A stretch of 64,000 nt of DNA. It comes from Bacteroidales bacterium (GTDB lineage: Bacteria > Bacteroidota > Bacteroidia > Bacteroidales > UBA7960). Location: positions 33,580 to 97,579 of the forward strand of contig SKRM01000057.1 of NCBI GenBank assembly GCA_007118495.1, given 5' to 3'. The translations under genes were made by a program, and so were the position numbers. The notes beneath the pieces were generated by a model, which was given only the letters and a program-made list of their open reading frames with translations, made no database searches and was not told the DNA's origin. How positions within the stretch are numbered: position 1 is the first letter of the stretch; every line of letters begins with the position of its first letter. Shown one piece after another: positions 1 to 9,293 of the stretch.

Positions 1-828
1 GAAGAATACAAGGAACTCGATTTCAGGGCCGTTTCAATCCACAGAAGGGCCCGAACCATCATCCCCAAGGGAGATGATATTTTTCAGGCCGGTGATCTGG
101 CCTATGTTGTCACCAAGCCCACCGGCATTGATCACCTACTGCAGTTAAGCGGGAAAAACCGTTTTGAGATCAGAAATGTGATGATTGTGGGTGGGGGGGC
201 CGTGGGCAGCCATACTGCTGCCGCCCTGGAGAAAAAATTCAATGTAAAACTTTTTGAACTAAATAGTGACCGGGCTGCTGAGCTGACAGATTCACTGCGT
301 TCAAGCCTGATCATTAACGGCGATGCCCGAAATATCAATTTGCTTGAGAGTGAGGGTGTCGGCTCAATGGATGCCTTTGTGGCAGTAACCAATAACTCTG
401 AAACAAATATTCTCACCTGTCTGCTGGCCAGGCGTTATGGTGTAAGGAAGACCATCGCGCTCGTTGAAAACATTGACTTTATAGACATCTCACAAAGTGT
501 GGGCATTGATACCATTATCAACAAGAAATTGGCTACCGCCAGTTATATCATCCGGTTTACCATGACAGCTGAAGTCATATCTACCAAATGCCTCACCAGT
601 GTCGATGCTGAAGTATTCGAATTTCACGCCAAAGAAGGTTCGCCCATCACCAAAAAACCCATCAGGAAATTAAATTTCCCAAAACAGGCAATAATAGGGG
701 GGTTTATCAGGGGTGAATCAGGGTATATTGCCAGGGGTGATATGCAGATCCAGCCAGGCGACAAGGTGGTGGTATTTGCCTTGCCTGAAGCATTTCACGG
801 GGTTGATAAGATGTTTAAAAGCAAGTAG
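1..828 (+). CDS. trkA: Trk potassium uptake system NAD-binding (RCK) subunit TrkA, 5'-truncated by window edge
   Basis: Frame 1 is open from base 1 (EEYKELDFRAVSIHRRARTIIPKGDD...). It has a Rossmann IVGGGAVG, INGDA, AVTNNSETNIL and a TrkA-C end (RGD..IQPGDKVVVF), and lies directly upstream of trkH. Confidence 0.93.
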   Translation, partial: EEYKELDFRAVSIHRRARTIIPKGDDIFQAGDLAYVVTKPTGIDHLLQLSGKNRFEIRNVMIVGGGAVGSHTAAALEKKFNVKLFELNSDRAAELTDSLRSSLIINGDARNINLLESEGVGSMDAFVAVTNNSETNILTCLLARRYGVRKTIALVENIDFIDISQSVGIDTIINKKLATASYIIRFTMTAEVISTKCLTSVDAEVFEFHAKEGSPITKKPIRKLNFPKQAIIGGFIRGESGYIARGDMQIQPGDKVVVFALPEAFHGVDKMFKSK

Positions 829-833
829 GCGCA

Positions 834-2300
834 GTGGCAGCACGGACATCCATAAATGGGAGGTTAATCACCAAGTTCACCGGCATTCTGATCATGATGC
901 TTTCAATCTTTATGCTCATATCCATCAGTTGGTCTGTGTATTATAATGAAACCCACACCACCCAATATCTTCTCTTATCATCGGCCATCACATTTTTTTC
1001 GGGTTTTCTGGCCTATATGCTTACCCGCCGGCACGACCACCGCAATATCGGAAAAAAAGAAGGCTATGTAATTGTTACCGTTATTTATATCAGTATTTCG
1101 TTTTTTGGCTCCCTTCCCTTTTTCTTGTCGGGTGCCATTCCAAATTTTTCAGATGCGTTTTTTGAGTCCACATCAGGCATTGCCACAACCGGAGCAACCA
1201 TTCTTACTGATATTGAAGCCATACCCAAAGGGCTTTTGTTCTGGCGCAGCATGACTCATTGGTTGGGGGGGATGGGCATTATTGTACTGACCCTGGCCAT
1301 TTTACCCATTCTGGGTGTGGGAGGCATGCAGCTTTTTGTGGCTGAAGTACCCGGGACCACCCCCAGCAGGCTCCACCCCCGAATCACACAGACCGCCAAA
1401 AGACTATGGGGTATATATGCTGGGCTGACCCTTGTCCAGACCATACTGTTGATGTTTGGGGGCATGGATTTCTTCCATAGCCTCAACCATGCATTCAGTA
1501 CGGTTGCCACAGGGGGGTTCTCCACCCAGAATGATAGCATTGCCGGCTATTCGCCGTATATCCAGTATGTCATCGTCTTATTCATGATACTGGGAGCAAC
1601 CAGTTTCTCCCTCCATTATTTTGTGTTGAAGGGTCAGTTTGAAAAGGTGCTGAACAATGAAGAATTCAGGTTCTACCTGGGTGTGATAGCTTCATTTACG
1701 GTGTTTTTCTTTCTTGTGCTACTGGCTGTAAACCAAAGTGGTATTGAATATACCTTCAGAAAAAGCCTTTTCCAGGTGGTATCCATCATCACCACCACAG
1801 GATTTGTTACCACAGACTATATGGAGTGGGAAGGATTCCTTTGGTTCTTTCTGTTCATCCTGATGTTTACCGGAGGTTGTATCGGATCAACAGCGGGCGG
1901 GCTTAAAATGATCCGTGTTCTGGTACTGATTAAAAACACAAGACTTGAATTCAAACGCCTCCTCCACCCAATGGCCATCATTCCGGTCAGGGTTAATCAA
2001 AAAACAATTCCCCAGGAGATCATCCATAATTTTTTGGCATTTTTCCTCTTGTATATGTTACTTTTTATGGGTGGGGCAGCTACCATGACATTGTTCGGAC
2101 TCGATTTTACCTCAGCCATTGGCGCTTCAGCTGCCACCCTGGGCAATATCGGACCTGCCATTGCCAATGTTGGCCCCATTGACAGTTATGCCAACATACC
2201 CGATGCTGCCAAATGGATTCTAAGCCTGTATATGATTTTGGGCAGGTTGGAAATATTCACCGTACTATTGCTGCTATCTCCGAGTTTTTACAAGAAATAA
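834..2300 (+). CDS. trkH: TrkH family K+ uptake membrane protein (copy 1)
   Basis: 488 aa hydrophobic protein with four pore-loop motifs (FESTSGIATTG, FSTVATGGF, IITTTGF, ATLGNIGP) and GRLE near the C-terminus; GTG start. Confidence 0.93.
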   Translation: MAARTSINGRLITKFTGILIMMLSIFMLISISWSVYYNETHTTQYLLLSSAITFFSGFLAYMLTRRHDHRNIGKKEGYVIVTVIYISISFFGSLPFFLSGAIPNFSDAFFESTSGIATTGATILTDIEAIPKGLLFWRSMTHWLGGMGIIVLTLAILPILGVGGMQLFVAEVPGTTPSRLHPRITQTAKRLWGIYAGLTLVQTILLMFGGMDFFHSLNHAFSTVATGGFSTQNDSIAGYSPYIQYVIVLFMILGATSFSLHYFVLKGQFEKVLNNEEFRFYLGVIASFTVFFFLVLLAVNQSGIEYTFRKSLFQVVSIITTTGFVTTDYMEWEGFLWFFLFILMFTGGCIGSTAGGLKMIRVLVLIKNTRLEFKRLLHPMAIIPVRVNQKTIPQEIIHNFLAFFLLYMLLFMGGAATMTLFGLDFTSAIGASAATLGNIGPAIANVGPIDSYANIPDAAKWILSLYMILGRLEIFTVLLLLSPSFYKK

Positions 2301-2313
2301 ACACCAAAACAAA

Positions 2314-3780
2314 GTGAACCGTTTCAGGCAAATTCAATGGAAGCTCATCGGCAAGCTGTTGGGTATGCTTTTCATGGTGCTGTCATTGGCTATGATTTCC
2401 GCAGCAATCTGGCCAGTGCTTGACCAGGAATGGTCGTCTGGTATTGCCATATCAGGAGCCAGCCTGATTACATTTATTGCCGGGCTTTTACTTTGGATCA
2501 TGAATAAGCGTCATGATATAAAAAAAATCAACATCAAAGAAGGCTACCTCATCGTCACCCTGACCTGGATTTCCATGTCCCTGCTGGGGGCATTGCCATT
2601 TTTCCTGTCGGGCAGCATTGCTTCATTTACGGACGCATTCTTCGAATCCATTTCAGGATTTACCACCACCGGGGCCAGCATTCTGTCAGATATTGAATCT
2701 ATGCCCAGGGGCTTGCTGTTTTGGCGAAGTATGACCCATTGGTTAGGCGGAATGGGTATCATCGTATTAACCCTGGCCATCTTGCCTATATTGGGTGTTG
2801 GTGGCATGCAGTTGTTCGTTGCGGAGGCGCCGGGCACCACCCCTGGTAAACTGCACCCCCACATGAAAGACACCGCACGCAGGCTTTGGGGCATCTATGC
2901 CTCCCTCACATTGGCACAAACCATGCTTCTCATGTTGGGGGGGATGGACTTTTTTCACAGCATCAACCATGCTTTCAGCACCATGGCCACCGGTGGGTTT
3001 TCAACCCAAAACGACAGCATCACCAGCTATTCTCCATACATCCAGTATGTGATCATTCTTTTCATGCTGCTTGCAGGGATTAGCTTTACCATGCATTACT
3101 TTTTACTTAAAGGTCAATTCAAGCGCTTGCTGGGCAACGAAGAACTCAGGTTTTACCTCGTGGTGATCGGGGCAAGCACACTCATCTTAACCATCTCAGT
3201 TTTCGCACTTGATCATTACGGACTGGAGCAAACATTCAGAGACAGCCTGTTTCAGGTTGTGGCCATAACCACCACCACAGGCTTTGTTACATCAGACTTT
3301 CTTCAATGGCCTGGCCAGCTCTGGATCATTTTATTTATTTTGATGTTTACTGGTGGATGTATCGGATCAACCGGTGGGGGTCTGAAAATGTTAAGGGTAT
3401 GGACTTTAATAAAAAACACCAGGCTTGAGATACAACGACTAATCCATCCAATGGCCATCATCCCGCTTAAGTTGGATGGAAAAATTATTCCTAAAAACAT
3501 CATTACAAACTTCATGGCCTTTACCCTGCTGTACGTCATGTTGTTTTTTGCCGGCGCTGCAATCATGTCAGTGTACGGCCTTGACTTTGCTTCTGCCATG
3601 GGTGCCTCCATCGCGACATTGGGCAATATAGGACCTGCCATAGGCAGTGTGGGACCGGTTGAAAATTACGCGCACATCCCCACAGGTGGCAAGTGGATAC
3701 TGGGCTTCTTTATGCTTTTGGGAAGGTTGGAGTTATTTACCGTGCTGTTATTATTTTCTCCAGGTTTCTGGAAAAAATAA
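2314..3780 (+). CDS. trkH: TrkH family K+ uptake membrane protein (copy 2)
   Basis: 488 aa with FESISGFTTTG, FSTMATGGF, ITTTTGF, ATLGNIGP and GRLELF; paralog of the upstream gene. Confidence 0.93.
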   Translation: MNRFRQIQWKLIGKLLGMLFMVLSLAMISAAIWPVLDQEWSSGIAISGASLITFIAGLLLWIMNKRHDIKKINIKEGYLIVTLTWISMSLLGALPFFLSGSIASFTDAFFESISGFTTTGASILSDIESMPRGLLFWRSMTHWLGGMGIIVLTLAILPILGVGGMQLFVAEAPGTTPGKLHPHMKDTARRLWGIYASLTLAQTMLLMLGGMDFFHSINHAFSTMATGGFSTQNDSITSYSPYIQYVIILFMLLAGISFTMHYFLLKGQFKRLLGNEELRFYLVVIGASTLILTISVFALDHYGLEQTFRDSLFQVVAITTTTGFVTSDFLQWPGQLWIILFILMFTGGCIGSTGGGLKMLRVWTLIKNTRLEIQRLIHPMAIIPLKLDGKIIPKNIITNFMAFTLLYVMLFFAGAAIMSVYGLDFASAMGASIATLGNIGPAIGSVGPVENYAHIPTGGKWILGFFMLLGRLELFTVLLLFSPGFWKK

Positions 3781-3836
3781 ATTGCGGTTATGCTTCCATT
3801 CAGCTGAATATATGCCCATGATTCGCATTCCGAAGA

Positions 3837-5201
3837 TTATCCATTCAGCAAATCGGCTATCCTTTTGGCCTGTGCTATGCGATCTGCCATGCCGATGCCT
3901 TCCTGAATATTGCCCACCAGGTACAAGCCCGGGTATTTCATTTGCAGTCGAACAATGGCCTTGAGGCGATCCATGCTCTCCGCATCATATTGGGGGATGG
4001 CTGCCGGATAGCGAAAAAGCTTTACCAGATCGGGGTCCCATGCTGGTAACTTCATCATTTGCTGCACTTCGGTTTTTACCACATCCAGGATGGCGCTGTC
4101 ACTGAGGGCAAGCATATCAGGGTTACGCATTCCACCCACGAATACGCTTAGCAGGGCACCTCCCTCAGGAGCCCTGCCTGATAGAAATGCCGAAGGAAAC
4201 AAAATGCCAAGTATTTTACGGTGCTCTCTGGATGGAACAAGTCCGCCAAAAGCATTCAGGGGTTTGCCGGGCCATCTCTTGAATCCCAGAACCACCTGTA
4301 CAACGGGGGCATAGGTTAGCGTATCAATCCGCTGTAACTCATCTGCGGGCAAGAAGGGCATGAGCTGTCTGATCAGGCCGCCCCCCACTGTCGATACCAC
4401 CTGTTTGGCGTGAAGGACCTGGGATTGTCCATTTTTAGTGTAATGAATGGCATATCCCCCTTCTGTGGGAATTACCCGGCATGCTGATGCACCTGAAACC
4501 ACCGACTGATTGCCTGCAACTGCTACCAGGGCATTGATAAGGTTATCCAACCCGCCTTTTACTGAAAATACTTCGCGGCTTGGTCTGGGACCTTTTTCCC
4601 TGCTCCTTTTTTTCCATGCACCCCCAATAAAGCTGCCATAATCCTGTTCCAGACGATAAAGCTTGGGGAGGGCATATTTGGTGACCAGGCTTTCAGGGTC
4701 ACCTGCATAAATACCTGATATAAACGGATCAACGGCATAGTCCAGAAAACTTTTCCCCATCCGGCGAATAACCAGCTGGGCCACCGTCTCCATGGGGTCA
4801 GAGCCCCGTCTCCTGAAAGGTTCGCCCAATATCCTTATTTTGTCTTTCAGGCTAAAGAGCGGTGTGGTTACTGCCTGTACAATGCCAGAGGGGATGGGTT
4901 CCCATCGGCCAGCCTTCCATATCAATCTTTTCCTGGCCTTGGGATTGGCAATTTCCAACTCGCACAAGGGGTATAAATCATCAAATAAAGCACTCACCTC
5001 CAAATGGCCGATCACACCCGTATTGGGGCCGCCTTCGAAAACAAAGCCAGATTCGCGAAAAGTTTTTATCACCCCACCGGGGTGGTCTTCTTTTTCAATA
5101 ACCATGAACGAAAGCCTGCGTTGCCTGAGGTAGAACCCCAGGCTAAGACCTGTCAGGCCTCCTCCGATAATGGCCACATCTGTGTGCTTGATCTTATTCA
5201 T
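3837..5201 (-). CDS. hemG: HemY-type FAD-dependent protoporphyrinogen/coproporphyrinogen oxidase
   Basis: VAIIGGGLTGL dinucleotide-binding motif, GGVIKT, EGGPNT, GIYAGDP, AIPQY, GIGMADRI. Start taken at ATG 5201, which overlaps the MFS stop; ATG 5210 is an alternative. Confidence 0.88.
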   Translation of the reverse strand: MNKIKHTDVAIIGGGLTGLSLGFYLRQRRLSFMVIEKEDHPGGVIKTFRESGFVFEGGPNTGVIGHLEVSALFDDLYPLCELEIANPKARKRLIWKAGRWEPIPSGIVQAVTTPLFSLKDKIRILGEPFRRRGSDPMETVAQLVIRRMGKSFLDYAVDPFISGIYAGDPESLVTKYALPKLYRLEQDYGSFIGGAWKKRSREKGPRPSREVFSVKGGLDNLINALVAVAGNQSVVSGASACRVIPTEGGYAIHYTKNGQSQVLHAKQVVSTVGGGLIRQLMPFLPADELQRIDTLTYAPVVQVVLGFKRWPGKPLNAFGGLVPSREHRKILGILFPSAFLSGRAPEGGALLSVFVGGMRNPDMLALSDSAILDVVKTEVQQMMKLPAWDPDLVKLFRYPAAIPQYDAESMDRLKAIVRLQMKYPGLYLVGNIQEGIGMADRIAQAKRIADLLNG

Positions 5202-6441
5202 GATCAGCATGTTGTTTTGTTGTTAAATGAGCATCAGCCGGACCCTTTCCAACCAAAAAAAACCTGTTGATGACAAGTCCCAGCGCAAGCAATCCGGCAA
5301 CAATACTTACCCCAAACAACCCCTGGTATGAGAAGGTTTCTGCTATCTTGCCACTGCTCACTGCAAAAAGCAGGCTTCCAAGGTGTACAACAACAATCTG
5401 AAGGGTGAAGTCTGTTCCCTCCCTGCATGATCTGACCTGATCCATGGCCGCCGTAAATACCAACACCATACCCATGGCATAAACGCCCCATAACAAAGCC
5501 ACCAGGAACATGGCCACAGATTGGTTAACGGCATAGGGGCTCAGCAACAGAAAGGCGGCAGGGGGCAACAGGTTCAGAAGCGCCAGTGACAGTGCTGCCA
5601 CTTTCCGGCTGATCTTTTTCATAAAGATGCCGGCCAGCAGGGCAAATACAGCGCCGGTAGCCGTCCCAAAAATACCTGCAATGAGTCCTACTTCCCGGGC
5701 ATTGTAACCCAGGTCAATCAACAAGGGCTTTACCATGGCCATGATTCCGATGAGGCTGGCGTGAAATGTGGCCAGAAACAACAAATGCGGCCATAGTGCG
5801 CTTTGCCTGAAAAACCCAGGGATATCGCCCATGGAGACGGTCTTGCTTCGGGGTCTTTTACTGACAAGCTGTGCAGGTTGATATAGCGCCAGGGGAATCA
5901 ATGCCACCAGCACAAGCGTTGCAAGAGAGAGCAGCAGGATATGCCAGCCAAGGTAATGGTATACAACCAACAATACACCGCTTCCCAGCAAGGCACCGGT
6001 GAATGAACCAACTGACTGCATGCTGTTACCCAGGCTACGCTCCTCCTTTTTGAGGCTGAGGATGGCCCATGCATCGGTGGCAATATCCTGGGTGGCACTT
6101 GCAGCAACGGCCAATACCATCAGTACCACCACCAGGATGAAATGATCCTGTATGGGAAAAAAGGCAATGCTGGCAATGGCCACAGCATAAAACGCCTCTG
6201 CCTGAAAAATCCAGCGTTTATATCCCACCGTTCCGCCGCCTGTTTTGTCAACATATGGAGCCCATAGAAATTTTAAGACCCAGGGCAACTTGACCAGTTG
6301 CATCAACCCGATGGCCTCAAGCGAATAATGTTGCTGCCGCATGATTACCGGGATCACCGTGGTAAAGAAACTCATGGGAATGGCCTGAGCAGTATACAGG
6401 CTCAAAAGCGTGGTCAATTTGCCAAAACGGTCTTTATTCAT
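5194..6441 (-). CDS. MFS transporter, AmpG/RhtX/FptX/YbtX-like
   Basis: About 12 hydrophobic segments; family motifs LYTAQAIP, LPWVLKFLWAPYVD, SATQDIATDAWAI, EGTDFTLQ. Confidence 0.85.
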   Translation of the reverse strand: MNKDRFGKLTTLLSLYTAQAIPMSFFTTVIPVIMRQQHYSLEAIGLMQLVKLPWVLKFLWAPYVDKTGGGTVGYKRWIFQAEAFYAVAIASIAFFPIQDHFILVVVLMVLAVAASATQDIATDAWAILSLKKEERSLGNSMQSVGSFTGALLGSGVLLVVYHYLGWHILLLSLATLVLVALIPLALYQPAQLVSKRPRSKTVSMGDIPGFFRQSALWPHLLFLATFHASLIGIMAMVKPLLIDLGYNAREVGLIAGIFGTATGAVFALLAGIFMKKISRKVAALSLALLNLLPPAAFLLLSPYAVNQSVAMFLVALLWGVYAMGMVLVFTAAMDQVRSCREGTDFTLQIVVVHLGSLLFAVSSGKIAETFSYQGLFGVSIVAGLLALGLVINRFFLVGKGPADAHLTTKQHADHE

Positions 6442-6444
6442 AAC

Positions 6445-8562
6445 CTACAAACCATAACGAAGGGTTAATCCAAAAGTGGATGGCCGGCCCTGCTGTACAT
6501 AGTGGTTACCCAAGGCTGCAAACGAAAATGCATGGTAAGTTTCGTTAAAAATATTTCTTACCCACAAATCGGCCTGAAACCCTGCAAAATCAAAGGTTAA
6601 CTGGGCTCCTGCCAAAGCATACCACGACTGGTGGGTGGTGTTATGCTGATTCCAGTAATGACGACCCAGCCCCTGGTAGTTCAGGCCGATTGTCATGGCC
6701 CGCAGCATGTCTCCCTTGAGCACAATCTGGTACTCAAGCATGGCAGACAAGGTGTGCCTTGGAACATAAGGAATGAAATAACCTGACAGGTCGGTATCCG
6801 GATCGGGCCTGTTTTCAGAAAAAGTCGCATGGGTGTAGCCATAACTTCCCCTGTAACGCCATCCATTTCCGGGTATGTAATCAAGGTCTAATTCAAAGCC
6901 CTTGCTCACCGATTTGCCTGCGTTGCTCAACATGGAGCCCTGACCGCTGGGCAACATCTGGTAAATCTGCTGGTCTTTCCAGTCAATGTAAAAAACAGCA
7001 GCCTGGTAACTGAATCCCCTGCCGGGGAAAAACCCTTTGAGGCCAAGTTCATAATTCCAGGAGTATTCAGGACCAAAACTCCGGTCTTCCTCACGCTCAA
7101 ATACCATGTTGAACCCCCCTGTTTTATATCCCCTTGTGAGGGAGGCGAACAGGGCTGTTGTTCCACCTGGCGCAAAGTTCAAAGCCAAACGGGGCAGTAC
7201 CTGGTAAAAAGCAAGGTGGCTGTCAAATTCCTGGGGTGGTGGTGTTGGCATATCGGCCTCCAGGTATGCAAGATGATCAAGGCTGGCTGATTCATAATCA
7301 AGACGCAGGCCCGCCGTCAAGCTCAATCCCTGAACAAAAAGATCATGCCATGCAGACTGATGGAAAATGGCGGCACCTTTTGTCTGATGCGCCGACGCCT
7401 GAATCCTGGACAGGGGTACCGGAACAAACTGCATGGCCACGGCATCTTCACCAAATTGAATATCCAAATCATGGTCAAGTGACTGCATAAATCCAAACAT
7501 GCCAAAAATCCATTGATAGGTCCCGGGTCGGTGCTTTCTGATGGTCAGTTCTTGTGAAGCCATGTGCTGAACCTGATCTTGTATGGCGAAAACAAGATCC
7601 ATGGGTGTAAAATCCTGGTCGATCTTTTGTTTGTCAAAGAAATACTGGTAAGCCGTCACGCTTTGGAACATGACCCCCCTTGCCTGATACCTGGTCACAA
7701 ACCCATTGGATATCATTGTCCTGGCATAGGAAGAAGGCCTATCATAATTAACTTCGTGGGTCAAACCACTACCTGGTTCATATATGGCATACGGATAGCC
7801 TCCCTGATCGAGCAGCTCCACATGCGACGTAAACTCAAGTTGAAGCCCTGCGGGCAGTTGTTTGGTAAACCTGAGTCTGCCCCCCGCAGAAAAATGGGCG
7901 TCAGCCATACCTCCGGTAAACGCATTTTCAAAATAGCCATCATGCCTGTTTATTCCACCTGAGATTGAAAGTCCGGTGGTGGATGTCAGCAAACGGCTGT
8001 GGCTTACCGTAGCATTGAAAAAGCCGGGATTCCCTCCGGCCATGGCCACACGGGTTCCGGTCTGACGAAAAGGGGATTTGCTATACACATTGATCAATCC
8101 GCCCATGGTATTTCGGCCGTAGAGGGTTCCCTGCGGCCCCCGCAATACTTCCATTCGCTGAATATCGATGAGATCAAAATCAAAAACTGATTTCTCAAAA
8201 TAAGGAATGTTATCTACATACAATCCAACGGATGGCGCATTGATCCTTGATCCGACGCCTCTGATATATACCGGAGAGGTTAGCCGTGACCCATAGTCAG
8301 GGATGAAAACATTGGGAACCAGTGTGCCCAGGTCTTTCATGGAGAAGACCTGGCGACGGGCCAACATGGCATCATCAATCACGCCAGCAGTAATGGGGAG
8401 CTGACTAAGTAGCCCCTGTTCACGCATAGAGGTGATTTCAGTTTCTTCCAGCTGAACCTGAGGTAATCTGGTGGTATCACCTGACAGCACGACAATTTGG
8501 GCAAAAAGCCCAAAAGGATTCAGCAGCAGGGCTGCTGACAGCATGATATGGTTAAAATGCAT
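6445..8562 (-). CDS. TonB-dependent outer-membrane receptor (FyuA/FptA-like)
   Basis: Plug motifs YIRGVG and EVLRGPQGTLYGRNTMGGLINV; barrel motifs RGYKTGGFN, PEYSWNYELG, VRNIFNETY; C-terminal beta strand GLTLRYGL. Start moved to ATG 8562 (MHFNHIMLSAALLLNPFGLFAQ, signal-peptide-like) because the longer ORF overlaps the upstream leader gene. Confidence 0.9.
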   Translation of the reverse strand: MHFNHIMLSAALLLNPFGLFAQIVVLSGDTTRLPQVQLEETEITSMREQGLLSQLPITAGVIDDAMLARRQVFSMKDLGTLVPNVFIPDYGSRLTSPVYIRGVGSRINAPSVGLYVDNIPYFEKSVFDFDLIDIQRMEVLRGPQGTLYGRNTMGGLINVYSKSPFRQTGTRVAMAGGNPGFFNATVSHSRLLTSTTGLSISGGINRHDGYFENAFTGGMADAHFSAGGRLRFTKQLPAGLQLEFTSHVELLDQGGYPYAIYEPGSGLTHEVNYDRPSSYARTMISNGFVTRYQARGVMFQSVTAYQYFFDKQKIDQDFTPMDLVFAIQDQVQHMASQELTIRKHRPGTYQWIFGMFGFMQSLDHDLDIQFGEDAVAMQFVPVPLSRIQASAHQTKGAAIFHQSAWHDLFVQGLSLTAGLRLDYESASLDHLAYLEADMPTPPPQEFDSHLAFYQVLPRLALNFAPGGTTALFASLTRGYKTGGFNMVFEREEDRSFGPEYSWNYELGLKGFFPGRGFSYQAAVFYIDWKDQQIYQMLPSGQGSMLSNAGKSVSKGFELDLDYIPGNGWRYRGSYGYTHATFSENRPDPDTDLSGYFIPYVPRHTLSAMLEYQIVLKGDMLRAMTIGLNYQGLGRHYWNQHNTTHQSWYALAGAQLTFDFAGFQADLWVRNIFNETYHAFSFAALGNHYVQQGRPSTFGLTLRYGL

Positions 8563-8568
8563 AATAAA

Positions 8569-8641
8569 AGGATGTTTTGAATTGAACAAACCGGTCAATT
8601 GCTTCGGTAAAAAACCCGAAGAGAGCAATTCAAAAAATCCT
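8569..8641 (-). promoter_or_regulatory. mRNA hairpin pairing the leader-ORF end with the TBDR translation-initiation region
   Basis: Inverted repeat 8569-8584 (AGGATGTTTTGAATTG) / 8626-8641 (CAATTCAAAAAATCCT) with 15 of 16 pairs; inner hairpin CTTCGG 8602-8607 / CCGAAG 8616-8621. Confidence 0.6.
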
Positions 8642-8959
8642 GAAGGGGGGTGGCCTGGAGGGGTGAAATAATCCAGGATTGGCTTCAAAAAAGACAGGGG
8701 GAGCATGATACATGCCCCTGGTTTTCGTATCCGCACCAAACTGACATGGGGCCGTCGGCTCAGCATCGGTAAAATCTTCATGATCGTAAAGATCCAGTGC
8801 CTCTGTGTTTGGAGAAACATAATCGGCAATGGATTCTTGTTGCCAAGAAGTTGTTTCTGATCTGTTTACGTGGGTCATGTATAGAAAACCAGCCCACATA
8901 TAAAAACATGTGAGGACAATATATGGTAGCGGCGAAGAAAAAAAGCCAACAAAAAACAT
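8630..8959 (-). CDS. Putative membrane-anchored translational-arrest leader peptide (C-terminal RPPP)
   Basis: 109 aa: hydrophobic N-terminus (about aa 1-28), acidic linker, ends SRPPPFRIF*. ATG is 1 nt after the upstream stop; stop is 67 nt before the TBDR ATG. Confidence 0.7.
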   Translation of the reverse strand: MFFVGFFSSPLPYIVLTCFYMWAGFLYMTHVNRSETTSWQQESIADYVSPNTEALDLYDHEDFTDAEPTAPCQFGADTKTRGMYHAPPVFFEANPGLFHPSRPPPFRIF

Positions 8960-8960
8960 A

Positions 8961-9293
8961 TTAATCCTTTTTTGGGTCCATATTCTTGCTGGGATACCAT
9001 CCCTTTTTAACGCGCTCTTCCTGCTCGATCACCTCATGGATACCCCAGAGACAGGCAAATCCGAAAACGGCAAATATAGCAGAAACCAGGAGATTTTCAA
9101 AAAAGAGTGATGCAATCACCCCGCTGATTCCAAATCCCAAAAACACATACCTGAATGCCTTTCCCATATGGTACTCTCCTGCAATGCAGGCATACCTTGT
9201 TAGTAGAATAATGCACATTGTGGCCAGTCCGGCCAGTAATCCGTCAATATTTAACCCCAAAAAAGACCATGAATAGGTTTCAATCATAATCAT
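8961..9293 (-). CDS. DUF4491-like small membrane protein (copy 2)
   Basis: Three hydrophobic segments, GEYHMG, and C-terminal EQEERVKKGWYP, recognised as typical of DUF4491. Confidence 0.75.
   Translation of the reverse strand: MIMIETYSWSFLGLNIDGLLAGLATMCIILLTRYACIAGEYHMGKAFRYVFLGFGISGVIASLFFENLLVSAIFAVFGFACLWGIHEVIEQEERVKKGWYPSKNMDPKKD

Noticed and set aside
8563-8829. 89-aa N-terminal extension of the TonB receptor ORF (794 aa in the track)
   Set aside because: It overlaps the RPPP leader ORF in another frame and has no signal-peptide character; a plausible signal peptide starts at ATG 8562.
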